DNA of 64,000 nucleotides from Rhizophagus irregularis. Taxonomy: Eukaryota. Shown piece by piece: positions 47,850 through 62,300 of the stretch. The DNA lies in NCBI RefSeq assembly GCF_026210795.1, contig NC_089435.1, forward strand, positions 3,038,001 through 3,102,000. The letters run 5' to 3'. The translations under genes were made by a program, and so were the position numbers. The notes beneath the pieces were generated by a model, which was given only the letters and a program-made list of their open reading frames with translations, did not search any database and had not been told where the DNA came from. Position 1 is the first letter of the stretch. The number at the start of each line of letters is the position of its first letter.

Positions 47850-49427
47850 CTCAATTGACTACTCTTTAAAATTTCTTTAAGTCGGGAATTCTAAAGTTTT
47901 CTAAGTTGAAAATTTTTTTTTAAAAAAAAGTATAAAATTAAAATTTTTGAAAAATAAGAAATATTATAATAAAACATGTTAAAAAATTTGATATAATTTT
48001 TTTTTTACCTAAATTTTCACTTAATAATGTTATTTCATTAATGATTCCTTTTTTTTCATCTATTATGAATTTAGTGCTTAGTTCTTCCTGAGATAAAATT
48101 TCATTTATTTTTGCGGAGTACTCGATTTTTCTGCTTGTGTAACAAGATAATGGATGATTCTTTGTAATTTGTTCATTACCTAAATAAAATGTTTTAATAA
48201 ACTTTTTGTAATAATATGATTCGAATAATTAAATGAAATAAAAAATTTATAACTTACTAGGAATATCTATACTTTTATTGCCGTAGTCTTTCGGATAATA
48301 ATCATACCAAAAAAGAACAATTTGATGTAATTCTTCAGTTGTTAGTCTTTTATTAGGATCAGAATCCCAACACCTCTTCATTAATCTTGCATAAACTGGC
48401 AATGTACCTTTAACAATTTCTGGTCTCAAACCTTTACAAATATCTAAAGAAAGATTAAAATCATGAGGTCTATTGTTGAAAGCAGGAATACCAGATGTAA
48501 ATTCCCACATAATAATTCCAAAAGAATAAATATCAGCTGCTTTAGTATATGGTTTCCCACGTAATATCTCTGGTGCCATATAAGGAATTACTCCATAAAT
48601 TTCATTCGAATTAATAGTTTGATTTACTGGTCTACTTAATCCAAAATCGCTTATATAATTTGAACTATAGGCATCAATACTATATAAAAGAACATTTCCA
48701 CTATGGAAATCACCATGAACTAAATTACATTTATGTAAATTTAGAAGTGCATGCGCTATTTTCGTTAAATTATAGTATTTTTCAATCGGATTATATTTTT
48801 TTATTAATAAATTAGATCTTAAATTTCCTCCATTCATTAAATCCATTACTACCATGTAATTCAATGTTTCTGGATCTTGAGTTATTCCAAATATGCGTAC
48901 TGCTGCACATGAACTCAAACATGGTAAATGATTTTTCAACTGAATATTAATTAAATATAAATAAATAATAAAGTTGTTTTATCAAAATAAATATTACATA
49001 TATATATATATATATTAAAAAAAAAACTTACTTCATTTAAGAAATCATCACTAATATTTGAAGAATTTTTTAAGCTTTTTAATGCAACGTGAATTCCCTT
49101 TTTTTCATTTTCATTAAGTGATGGCTTGACATCATAATCAATAATATAACGATACCTTTGGACATTATCAACAAACCCATCTAACCAAATTGCCTTATAA
49201 ATCGTACTGAAACCGCCATGAGCTAAATATTCAATATTTCTTAATCTATTAAAAGGAATCCATTCTATAAATTCACGATAACTGTTTACTTTCAATTGAG
49301 ACTCTTGGATAAACTTGTCGATGTATTTATTTCCGCTAGTCCAATTCAGTAGTAATAATTTACTAATGCATTTTTGGCATACGTCACTGGTTTTTGGTCG
49401 TTTACAATAGAAACATATGTCAACCAT
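47850..49427 (-). CDS. Tyrosine-kinase-like protein kinase; multi-exon
   Basis: 'WTSGNKYIDKFIQESQ', 'LAHGGFSTIY', 'VHGDFHSGNVL', 'ISDFGLS', 'GVIPYMAPE', C-terminal 'HPLSCYTSR'. Confidence 0.88.
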
Positions 49428-49756
49428 GTTTAAAGAAACACTGAAACTACAAAATAAATTATTAAGTAGTGTGTCGGTGGAAGTTTTAGGACGCGGTTAG
49501 CCTTTTCTGGTGGTTGATTTGGTTTGATGCCCTTTAATACGTTTTAGGCAAGATTTTTCAAGCAGAAAGTACCAATCAAAATTGAATTTTGTGGATATGC
49601 CGATCAACATTGGGGGCCAATCACACCAAGTCACGTGCTAGTAAGGACCAGAGCTGTCTATCGCACGGTACATTGGAAGTCGTAGATACATTATTTGATG
49701 GCGGGCGGTACTGACATGCGAGCAACTTAACTGAAGATGGCAAGGAAGGTTTTATC

Positions 49757-52700
49757 AGGGCCCCTGAATGCCACTGTGGCGCATATATGAAACCTCGTCC
49801 TTGACAGTTATAATAAGTGTACATAAAAATTTTAATAAAGAGTGTACATATATTTTAAAATTTATTATTAAATGTACTACATAAATTTATATATAATTTT
49901 TGCGTTCTAATAGAGTGTACAGACAAAGTTGAATCAAAAGCAAATACAATGTACGACAAAAGTTTATTGATAAATCACATGTACACTAAAGGTTATAGAA
50001 GGAAAAAAAACTATTTTAAAACTATTCATCGTTAGAATTAGCATTATTTTTTCTCATCCGCATTATTTTTTCTGCTTCTTTAATGGATTGTTCAAGTTCG
50101 CAGGACTTTCCAACAAAATGGAAATATGTCGCATATTGAAGATCTCCTAATTTTAGTGTTTTTCCTAACCAGTGAGAAGTACCATGATATTCTTCTAATA
50201 CAGAACCCAAATGTGCAATGAAACGAAATGGATTAGACTCACATGTGAATTGTGTACGGTCTTTGCTTATAATCGGAATAAATTTACATGCTGAATCCGG
50301 CTTGAGATCATACAAGCGTGCATGAATTTTTCCTTCGTTTAAACCAGATAATAAATCTACACGAACATAGCTTGATCCAATTTTCTTAAATTTGTAAAAA
50401 ACCCATAAATTTTGAAGAATAATAAAAAAATTTAGTAAAAATAATAAAAATTTAAAATAATTTACCTCAAATACTGCAATAATTTCAGCAATGACAATAG
50501 AATGACTATTTTCGCAATAATAATAAAAATCTCCTCTTTTGAATTTAGATGATTGTGGATTTATTTTTGTGGAATCAAAGACCTTTTTGCATGCAGTTTT
50601 CCATCGTGTAATTCGTCCTTTTGTTCTTGCTTGATGTTCAGTATTACTTAATCGGTCCTGACGAACGGCAGCCATAATATCCATTGTGCCTAGTTCAGTG
50701 ACTACTGTGAGATTATTTTTATTGAGTGTAGCTTTATTTCCAACTTTTTTCTTTTCCTTTTGAGTAAAGTAATCATATTTTTCTAAAGTATCAAATAATT
50801 TATTAAAACATTGAAAATAAAGAATAATAAAAAATTAAATTCAAATTACCTCGATAATATGACATTGCTTGCATTATTGCTAATGGACTCAATTCATGAG
50901 TTTTTCCAAATGCCTTATTTATCTTTTCAAAAAAATTATCCTCAAAATCCAGTTCCAAAGTTGATTGAGTATTTTCATTATCCATTTCATCTAAATCATT
51001 ATTAGGAACGTCAAGATGTTCAGGAAATTTGGATCTATTCAATATGCGTTGTTGATGTCGTGTGAGCAATTTGCCAATATCACATTCATTATCCAATTCA
51101 TCCTCTGATTCACCCTCAAGTTCATCAGTTTCACTTGTGTTCTCCATAGGTATATTATGATTATTTATTTTTTTAAGTGAATGTAAGGATTGTTGAATTA
51201 ATTCTGAAAAAATTTCCTTATTTACTACTATGCCAAGACTGCGAAGTATAATTTTCATAGCATACGAAGTCTAAAATTTCAGTAACATACAATTAATAAT
51301 AATAAATGATGGATAAATATAAGATAATAATGTAATATATACCTTTTCTATCATATTATCAATATCAAAAATTGATGGAAAATCCGTCAAATTTTTTGGC
51401 AATTTTTCTTTAACTGTGGATAATTTGATATTATAACCATCATTATTATCTGTTCTGATTAAATCACCTAAGATTATATATATAATTAATTTAATTATTT
51501 TTAAAATAACTAATAAGTTTTAGTTAAATTACTAATCTTTCATTTCAATCATAATATTTTTTAAAATTTTTTCATTCATTGATAAGAAATCTAGTACGGT
51601 AAAATCTTCAATAATCCGTCATGCACAGCCAAATATATGCTCAAGAAAGGCAGTAGAAATCATCCACGGACATAAAGGATAATTTGAATAAAAATTTGGC
51701 CATTGTTGAATTAATAATATCAAGGTTAATCCCAGATAGATAAAATCATCGCATGATTGCAAAGATATTCCAAATTTATTTCCATTACACGTGGCTTGAT
51801 TTGCTTTTAAAAAATGTTGTACTCCTGCAAAAAAAATGCATGCGCCCCAAGCAAATCCTACACGATCTATATGGGCCATGCTATGTGATTTCCATGATTC
51901 GAACAAAATTCCACAAAAAAAATGGTAACAAGCGTCACCATACATTTCGTCATCATTATTTTTCACAGAATAATCTGTAAAGCCTATGAATAATAAATAA
52001 ATTATTAATTGTATTTTTTAACTAAAATTACTTCACATTTTACTTGCCTTTTAAAACAGATGATGAAAAAAATCTCTCAGCTGATTCATCTGCCTGCTTA
52101 TCTTTAGGATTAAGAATATTACTTGTTAAACCTGAATAAATTTCAGAATTTTCTTTTAAAATCCACAAATGTTCAGTAGACATAATGTAATATCCAATTG
52201 GACACACTCTTGTCCACTATTATGCATATTTCGTCCTTAATAATCAAATAAAAATTTATTTATATAAAATCAAAATATAATTTCAGCATATATTTACAAT
52301 ATTTTACCCTTTTTCACACAATGATAAATATCCGTTCCACAAATAAATGGTAATGAATTATCCATCAAATGTAAGGCTATAGGATATTTCATTTTACTGA
52401 ATATAGAAGTATTCTAATAAAAAAAAGTCCATTTTAATTATTGCTATTTAAAATCTTTTATTAAAGATCTTACCTTTTTAAGTGCAAGTTCACGAGTAAA
52501 AGTTGGATCTTCGCTATAAACTTCACCTAACCAATTCCGATCAAGAGTAGCACCATCAAAATATAAACCAATTGTCATAGCTCCTGCACGATTTAATTCT
52601 CTCATAATTAAATTGTTATCATGTGTATTAATTTCTGCTTTTTCCGTTTGGTCTGACGGATTGACAGCAATCACAATTGGCGGTATTCCAGGAATACAAG

Positions 52701-54630
52701 CTGAAAGAGCATAAACTGTAATATATGTTGCTTTTTTAAAATTGCTAATTTTATTATGAAGTTCCTCTATTGTCATTGTTGTTGGAATTATAGTATCTTC
52801 AATAGGCACACATCCAATCCATTTTTGCCGCTGTTTACAAACTTCAATCAATTCTGCAACTTTTGTTTGATCTTTTGCGCATATTGTAGGACCAGCATAA
52901 TCATATGCTTTACGCCACATTGTAATAATATCTGGAAAACTTGATGTATTTATTCCATATATATTATAATAAATATCTGATTCATTTCTTTTATGCCGTA
53001 AAAATCGAATTGTTGGTCCAGCCAAATTTGCTGTGAGCCAACGTGTTGCTAAAGTGCTAATAGACATAAGCACAACTAAAAAATCAATAAAACTTTCATG
53101 ATACTCTCCAATTCCTCTCATAGAAGTTACACCACGTTGCAATTTATCAATAACTTTCGTTACAGCTTGTGCCATTCCAACAAATATAGGTCGATTTTCT
53201 TCCAATGTTTTGTCAATTAAAAAGGTTATACATTGGCTAACCCAATTCTCAAGCCCATGGGTCTCAACTGCTTCAATAATACGTCCAAGTGCTGGATATT
53301 TGTTAACTATTACATAATAGGAATGATCTGATACTTCTTTTTCAACATATGTGCATAATTGTTGTAATTCTGTTGATTTTGTATGTCCAGGTCGATGTTT
53401 AAGTGAAGTAATTATTGTTTCATGCAGCTTTTTGATATAGTATTGAGCCCAACTATCTCCAAATTGAGAAATAATACTTGCAGGTATTGGTTGACCTTCT
53501 TTCAGGAGAAACAAACAATCAATTTGTGCAATAAGTTCTTGATAACGTCGATTCCTTTTTTGTACAGCATCCATTTGTGCTAAAATACCACATTTGGAAC
53601 AATATTTGGATGTTGTATAACCTTCACATTCGTTGCTTTTGATATATCCATGTGCCTTAACATTTTTATCAAAAAGATTATCATCACGTAAAATTTTGTA
53701 TTTATCTGTTGATGTTCCATATCGTGCTAATGCTGCAAATGATTTAGAATAAAAACCATGGCACACTAAAAATAGAGAATTTGGATAAGATTCTTTACTT
53801 TTATTCTTTGAACATTATTAAATAATTAAATAATTACCTTTTCCTGATGATTCTAAATGCATTCCTGTATTTAAAGTTTCTTTTCGTTTACTTTCAAAAT
53901 TCAGGAAAGTGGTACGAAGTTTTTTGGAAGGATTTGATTCAGTATTCATTATGTTATCTTTATGCATATTTGTTTCAAGATGCTGCCATAATCGATAGCC
54001 ATCATTAATCCGATGTAAAGTAATAGGCGTTCCAGTATCACAATAATGACAATAAACTTGATTATTACTAAGTTTTTCTAATTTTGGATCTTTTAAGAAT
54101 TCACCAAGTATCGGTATCTTTCGATTACTTTGAGTTTTAGTTTGGGCTTTTGGTTTTATTGCCTGTTTAGCATTTATAAAGAGTGTAGAATTGTCTTTTT
54201 GTATCTTTCTCTCTGTGGAAGGACTATCATTTACTTTTACAGGAAAATTCAATTTTGTTTGTACATAAGCTTTACGTTTCACTGTTGCTGTTTTTTCTTC
54301 CATTTAAAACATTTAAAACAAAGAACGTTGAAAAAAAAAATTATAATTGCTAACCATAAAAATATTATATAACGCGTACATCATATGTATTACAAATCTA
54401 TATTCAATTGTACATCATATACATCTGTTCTTTATGTCATGTACTACGAATTGATCTTAGATTAATATAAACCGTACAACAAAAAATTTTTGATAATCAT
54501 ATTAAGTGTACTTCGAACGTCAAGCCACAATACCATCAAAAAAGGCAAATTGTGTAACTGTACGATGAACACACAAAAAAATCTAGCCTGAGTGTACGAC
54601 AAGGTCATTATATATGTATTCAGAGGCCCT
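49757..54630 (-). mobile_element. P-element-like DNA transposon (~4.9 kb)
   Basis: TIRs agggcc[c/t]ctgaat. Flanking direct repeat GTTTTATC (49749-49756, 54631-54638); equally readable as CAGGG ends with a 6-bp TTTTAT TSD. Confidence 0.8.
50022..54303 (-). pseudogene. Multi-exon P-like DDE transposase, inactivated
   Basis: N-terminal zinc finger 'CHYC...QHLETNMH'; 'KDQT', 'YFDGA', 'DIYHCVKKGRN', 'DKQADESAERFFS', 'LEHIFGCA*R'. In-frame TGA at 51619-51621 and a frameshift near 52215. Confidence 0.7.
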
Positions 54631-56371
54631 GTTTTATCTTGGTTTACTGGGGTATAGTACGGAGGGTATTAATCTGTCTTTAGTTAGATAATTTTCTTAG
54701 ATATGTTGCAAATATCATAAGGTTTTTTTTAGCGATCTTGCTTTTCCTTCCCGAATTTGTAATATAAGTAGTTGTATAGATTTATTTTTTTTCTTTAATT
54801 TATTGGTTGCAGCGGTAGTTCAAGGGGGATGAGTTTTAGGATGATCAAGTAAATTAAGAATTTTAAAAATTCCTTTTTCAAGATAATTCTAATAAATGAA
54901 TCTCATTCATCATCAAGAAACACGTTATTGTAAAATTTTCTTTAAAGTGCAACAAATAAAATATTTATGATCAATTAATTTTATTTAAAATTTATGGATT
55001 TGGTAAAGTATGATAGGCGAATATTTAAATTTAACGAAAAACTTACTAGTATTTAAGAATCATGATTCAGATATTCAAATTTTTAAAGTGCATCTTTGAT
55101 ATAATTTTTTAAGATCAAAATGCTCAAAAGTCATGCACCATTACACCACATGAACGGTTGTTGTTTAAAAGTGGAATGGTTTATATTAAAAAAGGGAAGG
55201 CTAAAATTTAGATCGTTAAATTGATACTAAATTGAGGTAAGGGTGCGCCACTTGACCCAAAGTTTATAAGTACAATTTCACAGACGTGTTCGGTAACAAG
55301 TGAAAAAAAATCTTTCACCACTAAAAAATAAGGGCGTGAGTGGCGTGACATAAGGTGACAAATTATTAAGTCATGTGGATTTTTATAACTATTTTTACGA
55401 AGTAATACGAAAACTGAAAACCAAAACGCTACAGGGGCGATGTCATCTTTGGTGGTAAAAAGTAAAAACCAGCCCCTATATATTATTATTATATCTTCTA
55501 TAACGAACAGTCATGTGACTATATACTAATCCAGGCCAAATTTATAGTGCCGGCCAGGATTATCTAATTTTTTCGAAAATTTTATGTCAAACGAATTATA
55601 ATTCTGGCAAGACTACAAGTTTGGCCTAAATTATCCAGAAGTTCGGTATATTATATAACGAATTCACTATATACCGAACTAAACCTCAGGGTTCGCTATA
55701 TCCGGTGGCAACTGTATACAGTGTTTTTTTGTTTTAATTTTATAATAATAAGTAAAAAAAGCCCCTTTCGGCTAGAAGTGGGATTCTATAAGAATAATTA
55801 GAAAAATAAATTAACATTTTTAAACAAATTTTCTGATTTTGACCAAAATTATGATGACTTAACTAGGATGTGAAGTTTTTATCTCGTAATTACTAATTAC
55901 ATGACAAGAGAATCATAATTCTCGGTTTATTAACAAAATTGAAATTATAAATACAGTATTACAAGAATTGTGAATAATATTATTAAACTAAAAATTCTAT
56001 TAATATTGTACTGTATAAAGACGAATCTACGATATTATGCGTATTAAAGATTTATCGTTAAAATAAAATTATGTAATTAAGAATCTCCCATCTTACCAAC
56101 ATATTACAAAGCTTGATTGCCCGAAACAGGAAAAAATACTTCGATGTATCTGAAAAAAATTTTTTTACTTTTGTCTTATGATCGTAAAAATATAAAAAGT
56201 CATTTATGTAATTAGTAAGCGTTAAATTTCAAATTGTATTTATTTATTTAGAATAGGAATATAATTTATCAGATATTGTTATTACTTGCACTGTTTCCAT
56301 TGCTTATGCTGTTATTAACTTACAATTTAATACTTACACATTTAATATGTACTAGTTATAACCATTCATTG

Positions 56372-58591
56372 TCACAAACATTTAGCGATCGAGTTCATAA
56401 CTGGAAAAATTTTTTCTGTTAAATGAAATGCATCTTTTTTCCATTTAATTTCATCATCCTTAAATTTGCCTAATATAGGTTCCGCTAACTTTTTCAACAA
56501 TATATCAAACCATTTTCTGGCTTCTTCCATCTGCTTGAGATCAATATATAATAATACGATATCAAAGATGATACAATCAACGATTTGCAGATGAACATTT
56601 TTATATATATTGTATACCTCTTTCAGGATAGAAAGAGCCTCTGCTAAGTTTCCATTTTTGCGATGAGCAAATGCTAGAATTTTACTAAGTTCTAATGTAT
56701 CAAATTCTAGATCTGGTTGTTCTTTTCTAAGATTATGTAATTCGGAAACTATCTTTTCTGATCTTTTAATGAGAGAAGGATTAGCGACATTCAATATTCT
56801 AGGTTTAATTAATTTTTCAAAAGTATTAAGAAGTCGAATTCTTCTATCATTAACCTCTGGTGATTCAGAATCATCCAACTTACAAAGTCGACAATGACAA
56901 TCTATTCCAACTGATTTAAGATACCTTAATCGTATCTCTTCGCTGCTGTCAGCACTTCTGTAACTAATAATTAGCTCCTCTCCTTTTGAAATAGGTCTTA
57001 GAGATCGAATAAACATTAAATCCCCAATAAAAAATTGTGCTACATTTTTATCAATACATGAATGATTAAAATAAGATGGCAAAATCCATAATCCCAAACC
57101 ACTCAACTCAACATTTTCAATGATAATTTTATTATCCAACGCAAAAGAATTATATTTGACAATACTTCCAATTAAATCAACATTCACTAGATGCTCGTTA
57201 ATTTTATCAGTTTTGTTTAAATTTAAGCCATTGTAAAGTTGGTACACTTCCTGACAATGATAAGGTTCTGTCAGAAGTTTCTGTGTAATACGAGTTATTA
57301 ATTCTTCATTACACAAAGATGATGCAATACATGTAGTCTGATTATTTTGAATATTACTTTTCATAAAACGTCCAAGGACTTCATGACTATATACTACACT
57401 AAATGCCTTCGAGACCATCAACAAAGTATTTTCAGGAATATCACATTTTGCAATCCATCCCCTTCCTTTTCCTTCTACAGGACGAATCTCAATATCTTCA
57501 AATAAGAAATCAGCATGATCTAATCTTGGACCTTTTCTAATTTTAGCACTTTCACAAAACTCATTGATAATATGTGTATAATCATATTGTCCATTCTTGT
57601 TTTCAGAAGCTAAGATTTTCACATGTTTTAACAACTGTTCCGTACTCTGTCTAATTGGAGCAATCCTATGATCTGTAATGATTTTCATTCTTTGATGTAA
57701 ATCTTGAAGTGTAGTAATGGATTCTTGATAACGCTTAAGGTCACAAAGAGCTTTACCCCTGTGAAAAGCTGCTTTCAGATGACCAGGTTCATATTTAAGA
57801 ACTATATCTACATCATCGAGAGCATTGCGAAATTGAGACAATCGCAGAAATGCTTCTGCTCGGTCAGCGTACAATGTGACATTTTGTGGTTCCAGTTTGA
57901 TACCATTTGAATACTCATCAACAGCCGCAGTGTAATCGTTTGAAACAAAATCATCATCCCCATAACAGTAGAAATCATCAGCAGTTTTCTCTTTAATTTC
58001 CTTATCATTCAATAGATCTGTAGACCATTTTAAATCGTCAAATAGCTTATCATTATGATCGTAAATGACAACATCTTCAGGATTATTCGAATAAATTATG
58101 GTGTTATTATCAGCAGCAACTTTATAAGATAGATTTTTGATGATAAGTTGAGTACCTATGGGCAGAAATGACTTGTCGATAGATAAACAATCAATTTGAT
58201 TTTCTTTATCTTTGAGTAGACTTGTCCAATTGTACAATGCAAGTCGTTCTACATTACCCTCTGGATCTTCTACAAGGGTTAAAAGAGCGTTCATTTTTGT
58301 GAATCTGGTTATCACTCGACACAACAAAAATTTTTCGATGGGTAGCATACGATCGATTTGTAAATTTGCTATGGATACCCGAAGTTGTTGATTTAAATTT
58401 AAATCAGGTTGACTGCAGGTGTTATGAATAACATATTCATTTTTATCACCAAAATATTCTAGTTTTTTGTGTTCTTCAATTAATCGTTCCCTGCTTTTCT
58501 TTTTCGAAATATTACCAGTAGTTATACGTAAAACAGCATTTTGGAATATTTCTTCTGATAGTACTGCAGTATTTAAAAATTGAAATTTCAT
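56372..58591 (-). CDS. TPR plus SET domain protein (SMYD-like putative lysine methyltransferase)
   Basis: TPR repeats, 'GKGRGWIA', 'SYFNHSC', 'GEELIISY', post-SET 'CHCRLC'. Confidence 0.9.
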   Translation of the reverse strand: MKFQFLNTAVLSEEIFQNAVLRITTGNISKKKSRERLIEEHKKLEYFGDKNEYVIHNTCSQPDLNLNQQLRVSIANLQIDRMLPIEKFLLCRVITRFTKMNALLTLVEDPEGNVERLALYNWTSLLKDKENQIDCLSIDKSFLPIGTQLIIKNLSYKVAADNNTIIYSNNPEDVVIYDHNDKLFDDLKWSTDLLNDKEIKEKTADDFYCYGDDDFVSNDYTAAVDEYSNGIKLEPQNVTLYADRAEAFLRLSQFRNALDDVDIVLKYEPGHLKAAFHRGKALCDLKRYQESITTLQDLHQRMKIITDHRIAPIRQSTEQLLKHVKILASENKNGQYDYTHIINEFCESAKIRKGPRLDHADFLFEDIEIRPVEGKGRGWIAKCDIPENTLLMVSKAFSVVYSHEVLGRFMKSNIQNNQTTCIASSLCNEELITRITQKLLTEPYHCQEVYQLYNGLNLNKTDKINEHLVNVDLIGSIVKYNSFALDNKIIIENVELSGLGLWILPSYFNHSCIDKNVAQFFIGDLMFIRSLRPISKGEELIISYRSADSSEEIRLRYLKSVGIDCHCRLCKLDDSESPEVNDRRIRLLNTFEKLIKPRILNVANPSLIKRSEKIVSELHNLRKEQPDLEFDTLELSKILAFAHRKNGNLAEALSILKEVYNIYKNVHLQIVDCIIFDIVLLYIDLKQMEEARKWFDILLKKLAEPILGKFKDDEIKWKKDAFHLTEKIFPVMNSIAKCL

Positions 58592-59393
58592 GTTCGTTAT
58601 TTTACGACTAAGAGCAATTTATTTTAATTTCATATTTAACTCTTTTATATCTTTGTTAACTAGTAATTTAATATAACTATCCGGATAATTACTATTTAAG
58701 GTTGTTAATATAACAATCTAAAATTCTAGTCAGAATTAAATGTTCATGAGTCATTGAGAGTAATCCGTATAATTATTGGATAAAAGTAAAGGAATTTATA
58801 TTACTTTAAATGAATTGACCGAAATGACTATGAATTAGATTATTTCTTTAAATGGTCAAGGTAATTTCCGAACCCCATTTGCTTTATTATACTATCATTG
58901 ACCATGAATAAAATATTTGTAACCAGCTGAATCGCATCCTTCCTTGCGAAAATAAAATTCAAGTCACTACCGAGTAATAGGTCAGTTATTGCAAGCCTTC
59001 TTTCTCATAAAAAAAAAAATCCAATTGTTTTTAATTAGAAACTTATATAGATTAACTGTTTTTAGAACATTCAGAATATGCGACTTACCGCTCAAAAACA
59101 TCCCCTTTGCTGGAATAAATAAGATAACCGTGAATTTATACTGCATTTTATTTTAGAAAGAAACGATCTTTCATCGAAAGAAATAAATGAGAGTTGGTAT
59201 AGAGAGCTGGACAGCTGGTATAGAGAGTTGATTATGACAATATGATTTCAAAGTTCAATATTTTAGTATAGAGATGGAAAAAATCAAGCGAAAACAATTA
59301 ACTTACATTAATTGTTCATAGGTATTGCTGCATTTGAATATATTAATTGTTATAGTGTATAAATATAAAAGAGCTTTATTATTAAAAAAATTA

Positions 59394-62300
59394 TTACATA
59401 ATATATTTTGAATACTCTAAATAACTTGTCCGCTTTTCAAAAATATTCTCAGTTATGTGAGTAACTGTTTCTTCACCTAGTTCATGTCCAACGTGCTTCC
59501 ATGAAAACTGTCTAGCTTCACCACGGATAAATACTTCCGTATTATATGCAGTAAATTTATCTTCTTTATTGGGAATAATTGCATATGCCAATACAAAAAA
59601 TCTAACAAACCCATATGGGAAATTTTCTCCGTTCTCTTCATCATATTCTTCTTCCTCTTCTTTATCCTCTTCCTCCTCTTTATTGTCCTCTTGATCCTCT
59701 TTTTTATCCTCTTGAACCTCCTTTTTGTTCTCTTGATCCTTCTTTTTATCCTTTTGAACGTCCTCTTGAACCTCCTTTTTGTCCTCTTTATCCTCATTTT
59801 TATCCTCTTTATAATCTTTATTATCCTCTTTATCCTCTTTTTTTTCCTCATCTTTTTCATCTTCATCCTTTTTTTCATCCATATCCTCTTCATCATCTTC
59901 ATTCTCATCTTTCTTATCTTCATCATCATCACCACTCATCTCTATTTCTTCGTGTTCTTTGTGTGCTTTGGTTTTGGCAGAAGTATCAACGACTAAATGA
60001 TTAATAATTTCCAAATCAATTCTTTTCCCAGACCTATGTAAGAGGTTGAAATATTAAATTAGCGCTTTTAATTTTACGTACTTTTTAAAAGGATCAATAT
60101 CAATTATACATTTTTTAAACTTAAATGTTCAAACATACCAAGATGTTACGACCACATCAAGAATTGAACCACCATGGAGAGCATAATCGATAAAAGTTAC
60201 AATGATAGTTCCTGGAGTTAATTCTTCTTTAAAATAGATTGGAGGAATTGGATAGGTAGCTTTTTCTTTTGGTAATCTAATAAGTCTTGATTGTGCACTA
60301 AGTACTTTGATATCTCTGTTATCTTTACCAAAGTATCCAACGTTCTTCGGTTTACCGATTATTTGCCAAACGACATCGAAATCACTATATGTACGTTATT
60401 GAATAAATGAATTGACAATAGTTAATAATTAATAACTATATTTCGAACAACTAAATTATTTATACTTTTTTAAAGCTTACGTTTTGATTTCTTCACTATC
60501 TTCATCGTCTTCCAAAAATATCGAAAATCCAGAACGGCTCATATACTTAAATTTTGCACGTAAATTTTTTAATTTTTCGTCATTCACAACAACAGATCCT
60601 GCAACTAAATAATCATCACTCTTCAGTTCCTCTTCAAATTGAACATCATAGCAGTAAGTTTTATTGGTATTAAATTTTGTAAACCCTTTCATTAAAATCT
60701 TATCTGTTGATAAGTCTTGAATTCGACTCTTAATATCATCATCAAGAATATCATATAATGGAATTAATTTTTGTTTGTCTGACAACGACCATTGATTTGG
60801 TCCCTCATCATACGATAAGTCCCTAGAAAAACTGACCTCTGTACGAATCAAATGACCATATTCCGAAAAGACCTTAATCAAAGATTCATAAGGTTTTGCG
60901 TTATCTAAAGCATCATTAATATCTTTTATCAAATTTTTGGATGGTTTGCTTATTTGCTTTTCCCATACAATTTTCTCATGAAAAATCTTGCATTGATTAA
61001 CAAAGGTATTACGTAGATATAAATCATATATTCTACTTTTTGATAGCTTTAAAAATGGAATTTGAGATTGAGTTTCTTTCAAAGTAGTTTCGCAAATGTA
61101 ATCAATATAATCTTTGGAATTTAATAAAATGGAAACTTTTAGCTCTGTACTATCTATATTATCCCCAATTCAATTAGTGGTACGGATAAAAATTCCAAAG
61201 CGGGCTTTTTTCCAGTTTCAAGTTTAAAGTGAGTCACTACCTTGGCATATTCCAATTTATATTCTTTAATCCAGAATGGTAAATTCAGGTGTATATTACC
61301 ATGTGTCCAACTTTTCATGGTGATTTCTTTATGAAATTTTGTGATTCCTGGAATTAAACGAATATCAAAGTAGTTGTAAGGGTTCTCTATTTGATTAGCA
61401 GGGATCACTTTTTCATATGCAATAATAGCAGTATGTTCATTCTTGAATATTTGAGTCAGATAAGTGATCTAGAGTACAAGTTTAAAACGGTTTATTATGT
61501 TACTTTGCATAAAAAATAAAAAAATATACAGAAACTCTCAAACATACATACCAAATCCTTCATATCATGTATAGGGTTGCCATCTAAATCTTCGACGTTT
61601 TTTACGATCGCTGAATTGAATAAACTTCTGCCTGAACAACTAGCTTCTTTAATGGCCCATACTATTTGTGCCTTCAGCTTATCAAGGTCTAAATTTTTAA
61701 CGTCTCTAATGATCAAAGATCCTCCAACTAGTGCTTCTCTTGTAAGAAATTCAGACTGGTCTTTGTCTTCAGAATGCTTGACAAAAAATTCACCAAAATA
61801 AGAAACTTTAAAAATTGGAATAATAAGTTTGATGTCTGACATTGCAACATGAGATAGGCGACCTCCGATTTGTTTCAACTTCAACAAATCACTACCACAA
61901 CAAATTGAAAATTTTTGTTCAAATAAGTCCCACGAATTTAATAAATTATCTTTAATTAACTCATCTTGAATTAACTCATATACAAATTGATCGTTATATC
62001 TTTTTACTTTCAATTGCCCCCCTTCAATAATTGGTCTGAAAGGAATAAGGTTTCTATCAATATAAAAGAGACCATAATTCAATTTTAGGAGCCGCAGACA
62101 TTCTATTTCATCTTTGTGCAATGAAAAATCCATTTGAGCTATTTGATCTTTAATATCATTAATGAAATGTGTTGGTAGAGAAGTAGCAGTATTAAAAGCA
62201 TCATCAGGATCACAATACTTAATTGTATTTTCTATTATAATTTTTAATATTGCAATAATTTTACTAATTTTTTCATCATGGTATCCTGATAAACGTGATA

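Larger units (their letters stand above)
49470..54766. mobile_element. Probable solo LTR (~0.4 kb when the inner element is removed), split by the P-like transposon
   Basis: Less AT-rich segment starting TGTGTC and ending ...AATATA (TA rather than CA), flanked by a 5-bp direct repeat AGTAG (49465-49469, 54767-54771). Confidence 0.5.

Noticed and set aside
55500..55720. Possible MITE with small palindromes ending ...ggcaactgTA
   Set aside because: Only one convincing terminus was found.
59477..60004. Overlapping K/R/M-rich and L/F/P-rich ORFs
   Set aside because: These are alternative-frame and antisense shadows of the acidic low-complexity exon.
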